Positions 9,257-18,623 of a stretch of DNA of 64,000 nucleotides are shown piece after piece; within the stretch, counting starts at the first letter, position 1; the number at the start of each line of letters is the position of its first letter. Under the pieces are notes generated by a model. It searched no databases. It was not told where the DNA came from and worked only from the letters and a program-made list of their open reading frames with translations. This stretch comes from Dehalococcoidia bacterium (GTDB taxonomy: Bacteria > Chloroflexota > Dehalococcoidia > Bin125): positions 1,792,001 through 1,856,000 of the forward strand of contig OY820591.1 of assembly GCA_963555985.3 (NCBI GenBank). Direction: 5' to 3'. A program made the position numbers and the translations under genes.

Positions 9257-10968
9257 CAATGAACCACCGTCTTCTGAGGACGCGGCAACGCAGTCACCAG
9301 CGCCGCCGGACCAAGCGTGCGCGCCCCATTGGACGACACGCCGTTCGACGACATCGCCGGAATCGGAGCCGGCCCGGACGGCTGCTCAACCGGCTTGCCG
9401 TCTTCCCATTGCATCTGCGTTTGGCGCTGGCGCTTGGGCACCAGAATCCAGCCCACGACGCCGGAGATCAGCGCGAAGACGATCCCGAAGCGCATCGTGT
9501 CGGTGATGGCGTCGACGAAAGACTCGCGGAGGACGAGCTGGGCTGGGGCGAGGACGGCGGGATCGAGGGTGGGCAGCACCTGTTGGGCTGCGCCAATGCC
9601 GGTAGCGAGAACTTCGACCGATTGCTCGGCGATGCCGAGCGGGGCGAGCCCGGAGTTCACGCCCGACGAATAGACGGCGGCCGCGAACGACCCCAGGATC
9701 GCGATCGCCAGTGTGCCGCCAAGCTGCCGTCCGGCGTTGTTGACCGCCGACGCCTTGCCGGCCAGGTCAACAGGTACCGACGCCATCGCCGTGTCGGTAG
9801 TGGCGGGCATGTGCATCGCGCCGCCCATGCCGAGGAAGGCCATCCCCAGGCCGATCATCCAGTAGGGCGTATCGACATCAAGGATGAAGCTAAACAGCAG
9901 CAGCGCGCCGCCGCCATGCACGGCGGGCGCCCAGAAGAGCATGAATCGAGGTCCCAGCTTGGGCAACAGGCGAGCCGCCACCGGCGCAAAGAACATCATC
10001 ATCAGCGCCAGCGGCATCAGCCGTGCGCCGCTCTCCGAGGCGGACATGCCCTGCACCAGCTGGAAGAACTGAGGCATGTAGAACATGACGCCCATCAACG
10101 CGAACATGATGAAGAACATGCCGACCATCGAGCCGGTGAAGTCGCGCTGCTTGAAGAACGCCATCGGCAGCAGCGGTTGGTCGGTGCGCCGCTCGATCAG
10201 GATGAAGAGCACGGCAGAGACGATGGCGACCGCGAACGATCCAACGATCAGCGGGTCGCTCCAGCCCTTCTGAATCCCCTCAATGATCGCGAAGACGATC
10301 GCGACCATGGCGATCGTCCCCGTGATCGCGCCCGGCACGTCCAGCTTGGTGTGCAGCTGCGAACGCGACTCGGGCACGACGGCCATACCGGCCATGCACA
10401 GGGCCGCAATCGGGGCCGGCACCCAGAACACACCCGACCACCCGATCAGATCGACCAGCACGCCCCCGACGAGCGGACCGAAGGCCATGCCGAAGCCCAT
10501 CGCCCCGGCCCAGATGCCGATCGCCCGGCCGCGCTCCTCGCGCGGAAACACAGCGGTCAGGATCGACAATGTCTGTGGAATGACCAGCGCGCCGCCAAGT
10601 CCCTGCAAGCCCCGCCCGACGATCATGAAGTTGGCGTCGGGCGAGAAAGCCACGGCGATCGAGGCGGCGACGAAGATCGCCATCCCGATGATCAGGATCT
10701 TGCGGCGGCCGAAACGATCGCCCAGCGCGCCGGCGAGCAACAGCAGGCCGCCGAAGATCACCATGTAGGCGTCCGCGACCCAAAGCGACTGCGACTCCGA
10801 CATCTCGAACGCGCGCTTAATCGCGGGCAGCGCCGTGTTGATGATCGTCGCGTCCAGCTGCACCAACATCTGCGAGCCGGCCAAGACAAGCAGAATCGCC
10901 CAGCGCCGGCGCGAACTCTGCGCCCCGGCCGCGGCGAGGGATGCCGTCGCCGCCGGAGCGGCGCTCAT
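9256..10968 (-). CDS. MFS transporter, DHA2 family, paralog 2
   Basis: LDATIINTALP, GALGDRFGRRK; ATGA overlap with the DUF35 gene. Confidence 0.93.
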   Translation of the reverse strand: MSAAPAATASLAAAGAQSSRRRWAILLVLAGSQMLVQLDATIINTALPAIKRAFEMSESQSLWVADAYMVIFGGLLLLAGALGDRFGRRKILIIGMAIFVAASIAVAFSPDANFMIVGRGLQGLGGALVIPQTLSILTAVFPREERGRAIGIWAGAMGFGMAFGPLVGGVLVDLIGWSGVFWVPAPIAALCMAGMAVVPESRSQLHTKLDVPGAITGTIAMVAIVFAIIEGIQKGWSDPLIVGSFAVAIVSAVLFILIERRTDQPLLPMAFFKQRDFTGSMVGMFFIMFALMGVMFYMPQFFQLVQGMSASESGARLMPLALMMMFFAPVAARLLPKLGPRFMLFWAPAVHGGGALLLFSFILDVDTPYWMIGLGMAFLGMGGAMHMPATTDTAMASVPVDLAGKASAVNNAGRQLGGTLAIAILGSFAAAVYSSGVNSGLAPLGIAEQSVEVLATGIGAAQQVLPTLDPAVLAPAQLVLRESFVDAITDTMRFGIVFALISGVVGWILVPKRQRQTQMQWEDGKPVEQPSGPAPIPAMSSNGVSSNGARTLGPAALVTALPRPQKTVVH

Positions 10969-11426
10969 GCGAGCTTCCAACGCGGCTGCACCAGGTCGTC
11001 GGCGGTACGCTCAAAGACGACCCGGACCGAATCGCCGATCGCCACGGCCGGCTGCGCATCGTCGCCGTGCGGAGCATTCACGACCGTGCCCATGAGTTTG
11101 ACCTCGGGCGCATCGTCAAGTTCGACCAGCGCCACCACATACGCCCCGAACTCGCGCAGGGCGGGATGCGCCGGATGCACGACCTCAACCCATGACCAGA
11201 TATGTCCAGTACCGGCCACCTCGACCCAACTCATGTTGAAGCCATAACACGAGTGGCAGTTCAGTTCGGGTGGATACTGTCTCACATTGCAGTCGGCGCA
11301 AGTTTGGACCACCAAGCGTCCGTCCGCCGCCGCCTCAAAGAATCCGGCGTTGATCGGATCCGCAGGTTCGGGCTCGGACATGCCCTGGGGGAAGAATGGT
11401 TCGTCGAGGAATTCGGCGCTGGGCAT
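10965..11426 (-). CDS. DUF35 Zn-ribbon/OB-fold protein
   Basis: CADC...CHSC zinc ribbon, YVVALVELDD, IGDSVRVVF. Confidence 0.9.
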   Translation of the reverse strand: MPSAEFLDEPFFPQGMSEPEPADPINAGFFEAAADGRLVVQTCADCNVRQYPPELNCHSCYGFNMSWVEVAGTGHIWSWVEVVHPAHPALREFGAYVVALVELDDAPEVKLMGTVVNAPHGDDAQPAVAIGDSVRVVFERTADDLVQPRWKLA

Positions 11427-11476
11427 GGGGCAAAAGTCCGACGGCGGCTGCGCGGAGGGCGCTGATATCACTTTCG

Positions 11477-12439
11477 GTGAGGCTAACAGCTTTGCCCGCG
11501 TTGGGGAGCTTCACAGGTTTGCCTAGCGCCGCCGCCGACCTCCGGCGGCGCGCAGTGCTGCTCAGCCTCGCAGCAGCGACGCTAGCCGCTCTGACGCCGG
11601 CGGCATTAGCGCAAGCGGACGGCGGCGCGCGGCCGATCTGTGCGTTATCCACCTCGGTGCTGCCGCTGCTGGAGGCCGATCAACATCGGATCGGCGTCGC
11701 CGTGATCGAGTTGGACACCGGCCGTGAATGGCACGGCGGGGATGCGGACGAGTTCGCGCTGCACAGTTTGGTCAAACCGCCGATCGCGTGGTTGGCATTA
11801 ACCCGGCTGAGTAACACCGACGCGGAGTCTCAGTCGGCAGCGAAGCTCCGGCGTCAGATCGACATGATGGTGACTCACAGCGCCAACGAACCCGTGCCGC
11901 CGCTGCTGGAATACATCGGCGGGATCGAAACCTTGGGCGAGTACTACGAATGGCTCGGCGTGCCTGAGATGGCGTCCGGCCTGCATCCGACTCGCTGGGG
12001 CATCGGGACGGCCACAGCCCTGAATGTCGCGCGTCTCTACGCGGCGCTGGCTACATCAGCGAATGTGTCGGAGCGAGTCCGCCATGAAGGACTCGAGCTG
12101 CTGGCGCGAGTGCCGCGCGATCTGCGCTGGGGCGCGGATCGCCCGCCCGAATCGCTTGCGGGCTGGCAGTCGTTGGTGAAGACGGGCTGGTATCTCTGGC
12201 GCGAAACCGAAGTGCGGATCAACAGCGCCGCGATCTGGCTCGATCCGGAGGGGCAGCCCCGCTACGTGATCGTGATGATGTTGAGCGGGCAGATCGAGGC
12301 TCGGCGCGCGCAAGCGTTGCAGAACCGTATCGGGACGGTGCTGGGTCGCGCGCTCGCGGAGCGCGAACTTGGCCCGGATGCGGATCGGTGGAATTGTCTC
12401 GAACTCTCGTTGGACGTGCTCCTCGCACGGTACTTCTGA
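11477..12439 (+). CDS. Exported serine hydrolase, class A beta-lactamase-like fold (start uncertain)
   Basis: SxxK (SLVK), SxN (SAN), KTG; RRR + hydrophobic N-terminus ending ALA (Tat-like signal). Confidence 0.75.
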   Translation: MRLTALPALGSFTGLPSAAADLRRRAVLLSLAAATLAALTPAALAQADGGARPICALSTSVLPLLEADQHRIGVAVIELDTGREWHGGDADEFALHSLVKPPIAWLALTRLSNTDAESQSAAKLRRQIDMMVTHSANEPVPPLLEYIGGIETLGEYYEWLGVPEMASGLHPTRWGIGTATALNVARLYAALATSANVSERVRHEGLELLARVPRDLRWGADRPPESLAGWQSLVKTGWYLWRETEVRINSAAIWLDPEGQPRYVIVMMLSGQIEARRAQALQNRIGTVLGRALAERELGPDADRWNCLELSLDVLLARYF

Positions 12440-12517
12440 ATTCAACCTCGCCTCCTCCAGCGGTTCGCCATACGCGGCGGAGAGCGGAAATGACGAAGCG
12501 GGAAGTGTCAACAGACC

Positions 12518-13729
12518 CTAGTTGCGGAAAATGGCCGACGAGATCGGGGCGGAGGCGGGCCCGGCGGCGACGATGCAGGTGCGCGCGCCTGCAACGGGAG
12601 TAGTAGAGTCGCCGCGCAGTTGGCGCACAGCCTCGACAGCGAGATTGAATCCGTGCGTGTAGGCCTCGGCGAGATTGCCGCCGGAGGTGTTGATCGGGAA
12701 CTCGCCCGCATGGGGCGCGTCCGGATCTGCAACCTGTTTCGCTTCGAGGCGTCCGCCTTCGCAGAAAGGTCCGCCCTCGCCGACTTCGCAGAACTTGTGA
12801 TCCTCGAACGAGGTCAGCACCTGCCCGGTGAAATTCTCATAGAACTGCCCGCAGTCGATCTCCTCGGGCCCCATCCCGGCTGCTGTGTAGAGGCGATCGA
12901 CCATGGTCGTGTAGTTGGAGGACATGAAGTCGTCGTGCCAGAAGCCGTCGACGACGTTGCCCTGTCGATGACCCGAACCTTGAACGGAGGCTGAGAGGAA
13001 GACGGGCCTGTCGGTGAAGTCGCGCGCGATCTCGGCAGTAGTCAGGATCATGGCGGCTGCGCCGTCGGTCTCAAGGCAGCAGTCGTAGAGGCGGTAGGGG
13101 TCTGCGATCATGCGGGAGTTCTGGTGATCCTCCAGCGTGATCGGGCGGCCGTTCATCACCGCGCGAGGGTTGTTCTGCGCGTGCTTGTTCGCGGCAACCG
13201 CAATCCGCCCCAACTGCGCCGAGGTCGTCCCGTACTCGTGCATATGGCGCTGCATCTTCATCGCCAGGAATTGAGCTGGCGACATCAGGCCTTGGGGCAC
13301 ATTGAAAGCGTACTGTCCGCGCAAGCGTCCGCCGCGACGGGACTGGCCGAAGCGTCCGAACTCGCCCTGCGCCAATGCTCGGTAGACGACAACGAAGTTG
13401 GCGTAGCCGGCGACGATGCCGGCGGCGGCGTTGCCGATCGCCGCGCAGACGCCTCCACCGCCGCCGCCGTAGACCATCGAGGCGAAAGCGTAGTGCGGCA
13501 GATCGAGCGCGGTCGAGAGCCGGTTCGGGTCGTTGCGGTCGGCGGAGTAGGAGGAGAAGCCGTCCAGCATTCGCGGTTCGAGGCCGGCGTCGGCGCAGGC
13601 GGCGAGGATCGCTTCGAGGGCGAGGCGAAACTCGGGCCGCCCAATCCGCCCATGCTTCGTGTATTCGGTCTCACCGACACCGATCACGGCCACCTTGTCG
13701 CGGATGTTGCGGTCGTATTCGTAGGTCAT
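12518..13729 (-). CDS. Thiolase-like (SCPx/Ltp2-type) protein
   Basis: VAVIGVGETEY, NNPRAVM, DCCLETDGAAA, NTSGGNLAEAYTHG; Gly-rich loop in place of nucleophilic Cys; GAGG RBS. Confidence 0.9.
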   Translation of the reverse strand: MTYEYDRNIRDKVAVIGVGETEYTKHGRIGRPEFRLALEAILAACADAGLEPRMLDGFSSYSADRNDPNRLSTALDLPHYAFASMVYGGGGGGVCAAIGNAAAGIVAGYANFVVVYRALAQGEFGRFGQSRRGGRLRGQYAFNVPQGLMSPAQFLAMKMQRHMHEYGTTSAQLGRIAVAANKHAQNNPRAVMNGRPITLEDHQNSRMIADPYRLYDCCLETDGAAAMILTTAEIARDFTDRPVFLSASVQGSGHRQGNVVDGFWHDDFMSSNYTTMVDRLYTAAGMGPEEIDCGQFYENFTGQVLTSFEDHKFCEVGEGGPFCEGGRLEAKQVADPDAPHAGEFPINTSGGNLAEAYTHGFNLAVEAVRQLRGDSTTPVAGARTCIVAAGPASAPISSAIFRN

Positions 13730-13783
13730 CTCGAGCCTCCCTCGCTGATGCGGAGGCTAGGCGATCGTCGGAGGCTGCTTCCG

Positions 13784-14626
13784 CTACCGGCTATGGCTCT
13801 CCGAGCGCAACTCGGCGATCACTTGCAGGCGATGCTCGCCGTTGACCACCACCGTGTACGCCCGGCCCTCCGTGAGATCCCGGCGATTCGTCCAGACCAA
13901 CAGCGTCCCCGAATGCTGGGCCTGGGCGCAGAAACCGTCGTACACATCAATCAGCAGATCGACCGAGAACTCGTCGCCCAGTTGGCCGAAGCGCGCGTCT
14001 CGATATGAGTAACAGTAGGAAGGCAGGGTGTAGCGCACGATCAGATAGCCCAACCCGTTGGCGCTCTGGTCGATGCCAAGCCTGACGGAATCGATCCGCG
14101 TCAACGGATTCGGCTGGGGGGAAGGCGGAGGCGTCGCCTTCGCAGTGTCAACCCAAATGACTTCGCTCACCGACCAATGGACCTCGCTGTGCCGTCCACT
14201 CTGGTGGTACGCCCCGACGAAGAAGTAGTAGCGGCTGTCCGGCCGCAGATCGCGCACGACGTATTCGGACCGAACACTGCCGCGCAGGTCGTGGTAGCGC
14301 AAGGGGTCCAGCCAGGTCGAATCGCTCTGATCGGCGTTCCGCACTTCGCTGATTTCGACCCAACCTACGCGATAGTTGGTGGCACCGCGCACGGGCGTCC
14401 ACGAGACGCGGGCGCTGAGGCCGTCGTCCAGTAACTGCGCGCCCAGGTTTGTCGGCGCTCGCAAGCCGTCGACAGCTTGCGCCAGTTGAGCAGCATTCAA
14501 GTCGACGCCGCCGCTGCGCAGATCGACTTTCGGATTCGGACTCACCGTAGCGGCGATCACGATCAGTCCGGCGACCAGAACGGCGCAGACGACCTTGACT
14601 CGCCGGCTGGGTTTGAACTCCCGCAT
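13784..14626 (-). CDS. Membrane-anchored fibronectin type III domain protein
   Basis: N-terminal TM; APTNL...VSWTPVRGATNYRVGW...DLRPDSRYYFFVGA is an FN3 pattern; Pro linker and second beta domain. Confidence 0.75.
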   Translation of the reverse strand: MREFKPSRRVKVVCAVLVAGLIVIAATVSPNPKVDLRSGGVDLNAAQLAQAVDGLRAPTNLGAQLLDDGLSARVSWTPVRGATNYRVGWVEISEVRNADQSDSTWLDPLRYHDLRGSVRSEYVVRDLRPDSRYYFFVGAYHQSGRHSEVHWSVSEVIWVDTAKATPPPSPQPNPLTRIDSVRLGIDQSANGLGYLIVRYTLPSYCYSYRDARFGQLGDEFSVDLLIDVYDGFCAQAQHSGTLLVWTNRRDLTEGRAYTVVVNGEHRLQVIAELRSESHSR

Positions 14627-14755
14627 GTTCAACTCCAATCCAACGTCGGCGGTGGAACGCTCCTGACGATGCCTCGATTCATGGTACGCAGACCGATCTT
14701 CAGGTTCAGGGAGCTACCCTGCTCACCACCCGCTAGCGCTTCGTAGGAGCCTCCG

Positions 14756-16048
14756 ATGTCCGACTTCGCCAATCTTCCCTCCGCCGATCCCGCCGCCCTC
14801 GGCATCGACGCCAAGCGACTGGCTCGGGTCGACGCTCGCATGGCCCAAGCCGTTGAGAACGGCGAGGTACCGGGCGTCGTGACCGTGCTGATTCGGCACG
14901 GACACATCGCGCACGTGTCGTGTCACGGCTACCTCGACGTAGAGCGCAAGAATCCGCTGCCCGAGGATGCGCTGTTCCGAATGTACTCGCAGACGAAGCC
15001 GGTCGCGGCGGCGCTGACGATGCAGTTGCAGGAGGAGGGCCTGTTCTACGTCGACGAGCCGATCACGAAGTGGCTGCCGGAGTTCGAGGGACGCGAGGTC
15101 TTGTCGCCGCTGGACCCGCCCAACAAGGTGCGCGGTACCGGTCTGCTGCTGGGACAGACGGTCCCGATGATTCGGCCGATCACGATTCGCGATCTGCTGA
15201 CGATGACGTCGGGCTTGCCCTCGTTCAGCAACATTCCCTCGGCGATGTTCCCGCTCTTGGAGCCGGTCTGGAAAGGTACCGGGTTCGGGCCGACCGACGG
15301 TGGGATTCAAGATCCGGACGTGGTTCACGAGGACCTGATCATGGCGATGTCGCAGTTGCCCAACGCGCGCCAGCCGGGCGCGGCCTGGGAGTATGCGATG
15401 GACTTTGATGTCCTCACCGTGCTGTTGGAACGGGCGACCGGGCAAAATCTCGACGACCTCTTCCAGGAGCGCATCTTCGGTCCGCTCGGGATCGAGGGCT
15501 GCGGCTTCTACTGCCCGCCTCAGGACGCGGGCCGGCTGGTGACCAACCATCACTGGGGCGCGGACGGCGGTCTGAATCCAGTCGAGCGACCGGAGGACTC
15601 GGAGAAGGTACGGGAATCAGTAGGCAAGCAGATCTCGGGGAACGGGCTGTTCGGCGGCGTGTTGATGACCCCGGCGGCCTACACCCGCTTCGCGGCAATG
15701 CTGCTGAACGGCGGCCAACTCGATGGCCAGCGGGTACTGGGGCGCAAGACGATCCAGTGGATGACGGCCGACCACGTTGGCGAGATCTGCGGCCAGGAGA
15801 TCGATCTGACGCCACCCGGCTACGGGTTCGGCTTCGGCTATGCCGTCCGCAATCGTCTCGGCGGGACGGCAATGGCTGGCAGCGTCGGTACCTACGGCTG
15901 GGGCGGAGCAGCGGGGACTTGGTTCTTCGTCGATCCGGAGGAGGACTTGGCCGGGCTGTTCTTCACCCACGTCTTCGGCTACCAGTTCAACCCGACGGCC
16001 TACCTGGAATCAACGTTTGAGAAGGGGGTGTACGAAGCGTTGGTATAG
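14756..16048 (+). CDS. Serine hydrolase, beta-lactamase class C-like/esterase family
   Basis: FRMYSQTK (SxxK), TIRDLLTMTSG, PGAAWEY, YGWGGAAGT; AGGAG RBS. Confidence 0.92.
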   Translation: MSDFANLPSADPAALGIDAKRLARVDARMAQAVENGEVPGVVTVLIRHGHIAHVSCHGYLDVERKNPLPEDALFRMYSQTKPVAAALTMQLQEEGLFYVDEPITKWLPEFEGREVLSPLDPPNKVRGTGLLLGQTVPMIRPITIRDLLTMTSGLPSFSNIPSAMFPLLEPVWKGTGFGPTDGGIQDPDVVHEDLIMAMSQLPNARQPGAAWEYAMDFDVLTVLLERATGQNLDDLFQERIFGPLGIEGCGFYCPPQDAGRLVTNHHWGADGGLNPVERPEDSEKVRESVGKQISGNGLFGGVLMTPAAYTRFAAMLLNGGQLDGQRVLGRKTIQWMTADHVGEICGQEIDLTPPGYGFGFGYAVRNRLGGTAMAGSVGTYGWGGAAGTWFFVDPEEDLAGLFFTHVFGYQFNPTAYLESTFEKGVYEALV

Positions 16049-16051
16049 CGC

Positions 16052-16492
16052 TCAGTCGCGCTTGGGCAGCGAGCACCAGAACGCGACCAGCAGGATCGGC
16101 GAGATGATCCGCGAGCCGTATGCGCCCGGCGGCGGCTTCTCCGCCTTGAGCGGCTTCGCTTGCCCGATCGCGATCCGGCCGATGTTCTCGAGCAGGCTCG
16201 TCAGCAAGATCAGCGGTATCAGCCCGCGGTAGCGGATCACGACGATCCAGGAGATCCCGGCCGACAAAAGCTGCACCAGGCCCCACTGGGCGAAGATCGC
16301 GACCAAGTTCTGGCCGCCCTCGACCTCAATGTCGATTCCGGCAATGCTGGCCGCGCCGCCGTCGTATCGGACGATGTGGATCAAGCTGCGAATCGTGCCG
16401 ACGATTGAGAGCAGAACCACGAAGAAGGAGACCCAGCGGTCGCCTCGGTAGGTTTGGGCGTCGTCAGGGAGAATGGCGCTGAGGTTGCGCAT
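16052..16492 (-). CDS. Hypothetical membrane protein
   Basis: About four hydrophobic segments; GGAGG RBS; directly follows parE. Confidence 0.7.
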   Translation of the reverse strand: MRNLSAILPDDAQTYRGDRWVSFFVVLLSIVGTIRSLIHIVRYDGGAASIAGIDIEVEGGQNLVAIFAQWGLVQLLSAGISWIVVIRYRGLIPLILLTSLLENIGRIAIGQAKPLKAEKPPPGAYGSRIISPILLVAFWCSLPKRD

Positions 16493-16496
16493 CAGT

Positions 16497-16826
16497 TCAA
16501 TCCTCCAAGCCCTCGGTCAGCGACTCTGGGATGTCGCGGGCGGTGTGTAGGAGTCTGTAGACATCGACGCTGGACGCTTCCTCAACGTAGAAGATCAAGT
16601 AAGGGAAACCGCGAATTGGCCATGACCGCAGATTGGGCAACGGTGTGTTGCGGCTGTAGCGCGACGAGCCAGTGGACGGAAACCGGCTGAGATGGCGGAA
16701 CGCCTCACGCGGTGCGAGGGCAAAAGCGCGAGACACTTGCGGTGATGCGTCGAACCAGTAGCGATCCAGGATCCTGGCGAGATCCCGCTGCGCGGGATCT
16801 CGAACAGAAATCAACTTCGGGTTCAC
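16497..16826 (-). CDS. parE: Type II toxin, RelE/ParE family
   Basis: AQRDL...LSRFPSTGS...LRSWPIRGFPYLIFY...VYRLLHTARDI. Confidence 0.88.
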   Translation of the reverse strand: MNPKLISVRDPAQRDLARILDRYWFDASPQVSRAFALAPREAFRHLSRFPSTGSSRYSRNTPLPNLRSWPIRGFPYLIFYVEEASSVDVYRLLHTARDIPESLTEGLED

Positions 16827-17062
16827 TCCTGCTCGGCCTTATCCAACCTTCGGAACAGTCGATCGAAAAACTCATCATCCGCCACCACCGCCGTCGGCGA
16901 CGCTGCGCCTTCCAGTACCAACGCTTCCAGGTGCTGGCGATCGCGCTCCTGCCGGAGCAGATCACGGATGTACTCGCCGCAGTCCAAATAGCCGCGCTCT
17001 TGGACCTGCCGATCAACGTACGACTGAAGGTCATCAGGAAGGGCGATGGTCACGCTGCTCAT
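16823..17062 (-). CDS. parD: Type II antitoxin, ParD-like (ribbon-helix-helix)
   Basis: MSSVTIALPDDLQSYVDRQV..GY...EYIRDLLR...LEALVLEG; 4-bp overlap with the toxin. Confidence 0.85.
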   Translation of the reverse strand: MSSVTIALPDDLQSYVDRQVQERGYLDCGEYIRDLLRQERDRQHLEALVLEGAASPTAVVADDEFFDRLFRRLDKAEQE

Positions 17063-17094
17063 GCCGACACCATATTCGATTGGCCACGCACCGT

Positions 17095-18276
17095 TCAATC
17101 TCCGATCGTACGGGTGGGGAAGTCTCGGGCGGGGTGGGCTTTGAGCACTTCTTCGTCGAGGTCGATGCCGAGGCCGGGGGCATTCGGTAACTGGATGTGG
17201 CTGTCCTCGACCTCGAACGGCGGGGTGGCGGCCTCCTGACCCCAGGGTTCGAAGTTGACGAAGTACTCGGTGATGATGAAGTTGGGCATCGTGGCGGCGG
17301 CGTTGAGGGTGGAGGCGAGCGCCATCGTGGTCGAGTTGTAGTTGTGCGGCGCGACGGCGACGAAGTAGACCTCGGCCATCGCCGCGATCTCGGTCAACTC
17401 CTTGATCCCGCCGACGTTGGCGACGTCGGGATTGATGATGTCGGCGGCGCGCTGCTCGAAGGCCTCGCGGAACTCGAACTTGGTGTACAGCTCCTCGCCC
17501 GTGACGGTGGGAATGTTGATCTGAGCAGTGGCGGCGGCGAGCGCGGTCATGTTCTCGGCCCAGACCGGTTCCTCGAACCAGAAGGGCTCGTACTCCTCGA
17601 CCATCTTGGACAGCCGCACGGCGTTGGAAGGGCTGAGGCGGCGGTGGATTTCGAGCAGCACATCGACATCGGGTCCGACCGCCTCGCGCACCGCGCGAAC
17701 TCGCTCAGCCGCCAGGCGGAGTTCCTTCATGCCGACGTAGCTGCGCCACTTACCTGGCACAGGGTCGAACTTGAGCGCCGTGAATCCTCTGTCGACCATC
17801 GCCCGAGCGCGAGCCTGTAGTTCCTCAAGGTCGTCCATCTTGGCCCAGCCGTTGGCGTAGACGCGCAAGCGATCTCGGACGGCGCCGCCGAGGAGTTGAT
17901 GGACCGGCATTCCGGCGCGCTTCCCGGCGAGGTCCCACATCGCCTGCTCGACGCCGGAGATGGCCGAATAAAGGTCCATCGCGCCGCGGCGGTTGCCAAA
18001 ATCGTTGTGGATCGCGTCGGTCCAGGGCTTGATTCGCGCCGCGTCCCAGCCGACGATGTAGCGCCGCATCGCTTCCAGGTGGGCGGTGATCTGGAGATCG
18101 CGGTCGGATTGGGTGTAGCACTCGCCCCAGCCGTGCAGTCCATCAGCGGTTTCCAGGCGGACGAAGCAGAGATTCTTGCCGGCGATGTAGCGGTCGGGCT
18201 GACCGGTCTCGGGCGGGGTGGGATGGACCAGGTAGTAGCGGAGGTCGGTGATCCGCGTATCGGTATGGCTAGACAT
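17095..18276 (-). CDS. Mandelate racemase/muconate lactonizing enzyme family, galactonate dehydratase-like
   Basis: GWGE, AMWDLAGK, KFDP, FWFEEP, TGEE, APHN, PNAPGLGID. Confidence 0.92.
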   Translation of the reverse strand: MSSHTDTRITDLRYYLVHPTPPETGQPDRYIAGKNLCFVRLETADGLHGWGECYTQSDRDLQITAHLEAMRRYIVGWDAARIKPWTDAIHNDFGNRRGAMDLYSAISGVEQAMWDLAGKRAGMPVHQLLGGAVRDRLRVYANGWAKMDDLEELQARARAMVDRGFTALKFDPVPGKWRSYVGMKELRLAAERVRAVREAVGPDVDVLLEIHRRLSPSNAVRLSKMVEEYEPFWFEEPVWAENMTALAAATAQINIPTVTGEELYTKFEFREAFEQRAADIINPDVANVGGIKELTEIAAMAEVYFVAVAPHNYNSTTMALASTLNAAATMPNFIITEYFVNFEPWGQEAATPPFEVEDSHIQLPNAPGLGIDLDEEVLKAHPARDFPTRTIGD

Positions 18277-18623
18277 ATCGCTCCTCCGGAAACGTCAACG
18301 ATGCCGTATGGGTAGGTCAGTCTAAGTTTGTAACGGCTTACGTAGTCGACGCACAACGCAACCGGCTCCACCAGTCCCGGCCGCTGAGCCAGAGCAGAAG
18401 TTCACGCCGTCGCTCACCGCCTCGGTCACGATTCGGCTGACCGAGGCTGGGCGCGAGCAGACGCTCGAACACTCTCCAGGTCAGAGAAGAATTCGTCATT
18501 CGTCATGAGTCCGTGACTAACGACGATGGCTCGTAACGTTATGATGATGCTGACGTCCATTCGCAGAATCAGGGCCCCAGGACGGCCGCCTTGCCGCCGG
18601 AGCCGCGCAAGAGGGACGACGAA

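Noticed and set aside
6221-9262. 1013-aa Arg/Pro-rich ORF and similar long alternative-frame ORFs (9259-11247, 23104-25176, 41410-42726)
   Set aside because: High-GC shadow frames overlapping genes with clear family motifs
11477-16048. Antibiotic-resistance island (two beta-lactamase folds plus efflux pumps)
   Set aside because: Motifs support only generic serine hydrolases; no mobile-element context
16052-17062. Three-component toxin-antitoxin system including the membrane gene
   Set aside because: Only adjacency supports it, and the flanking dehydratase gene is similarly close
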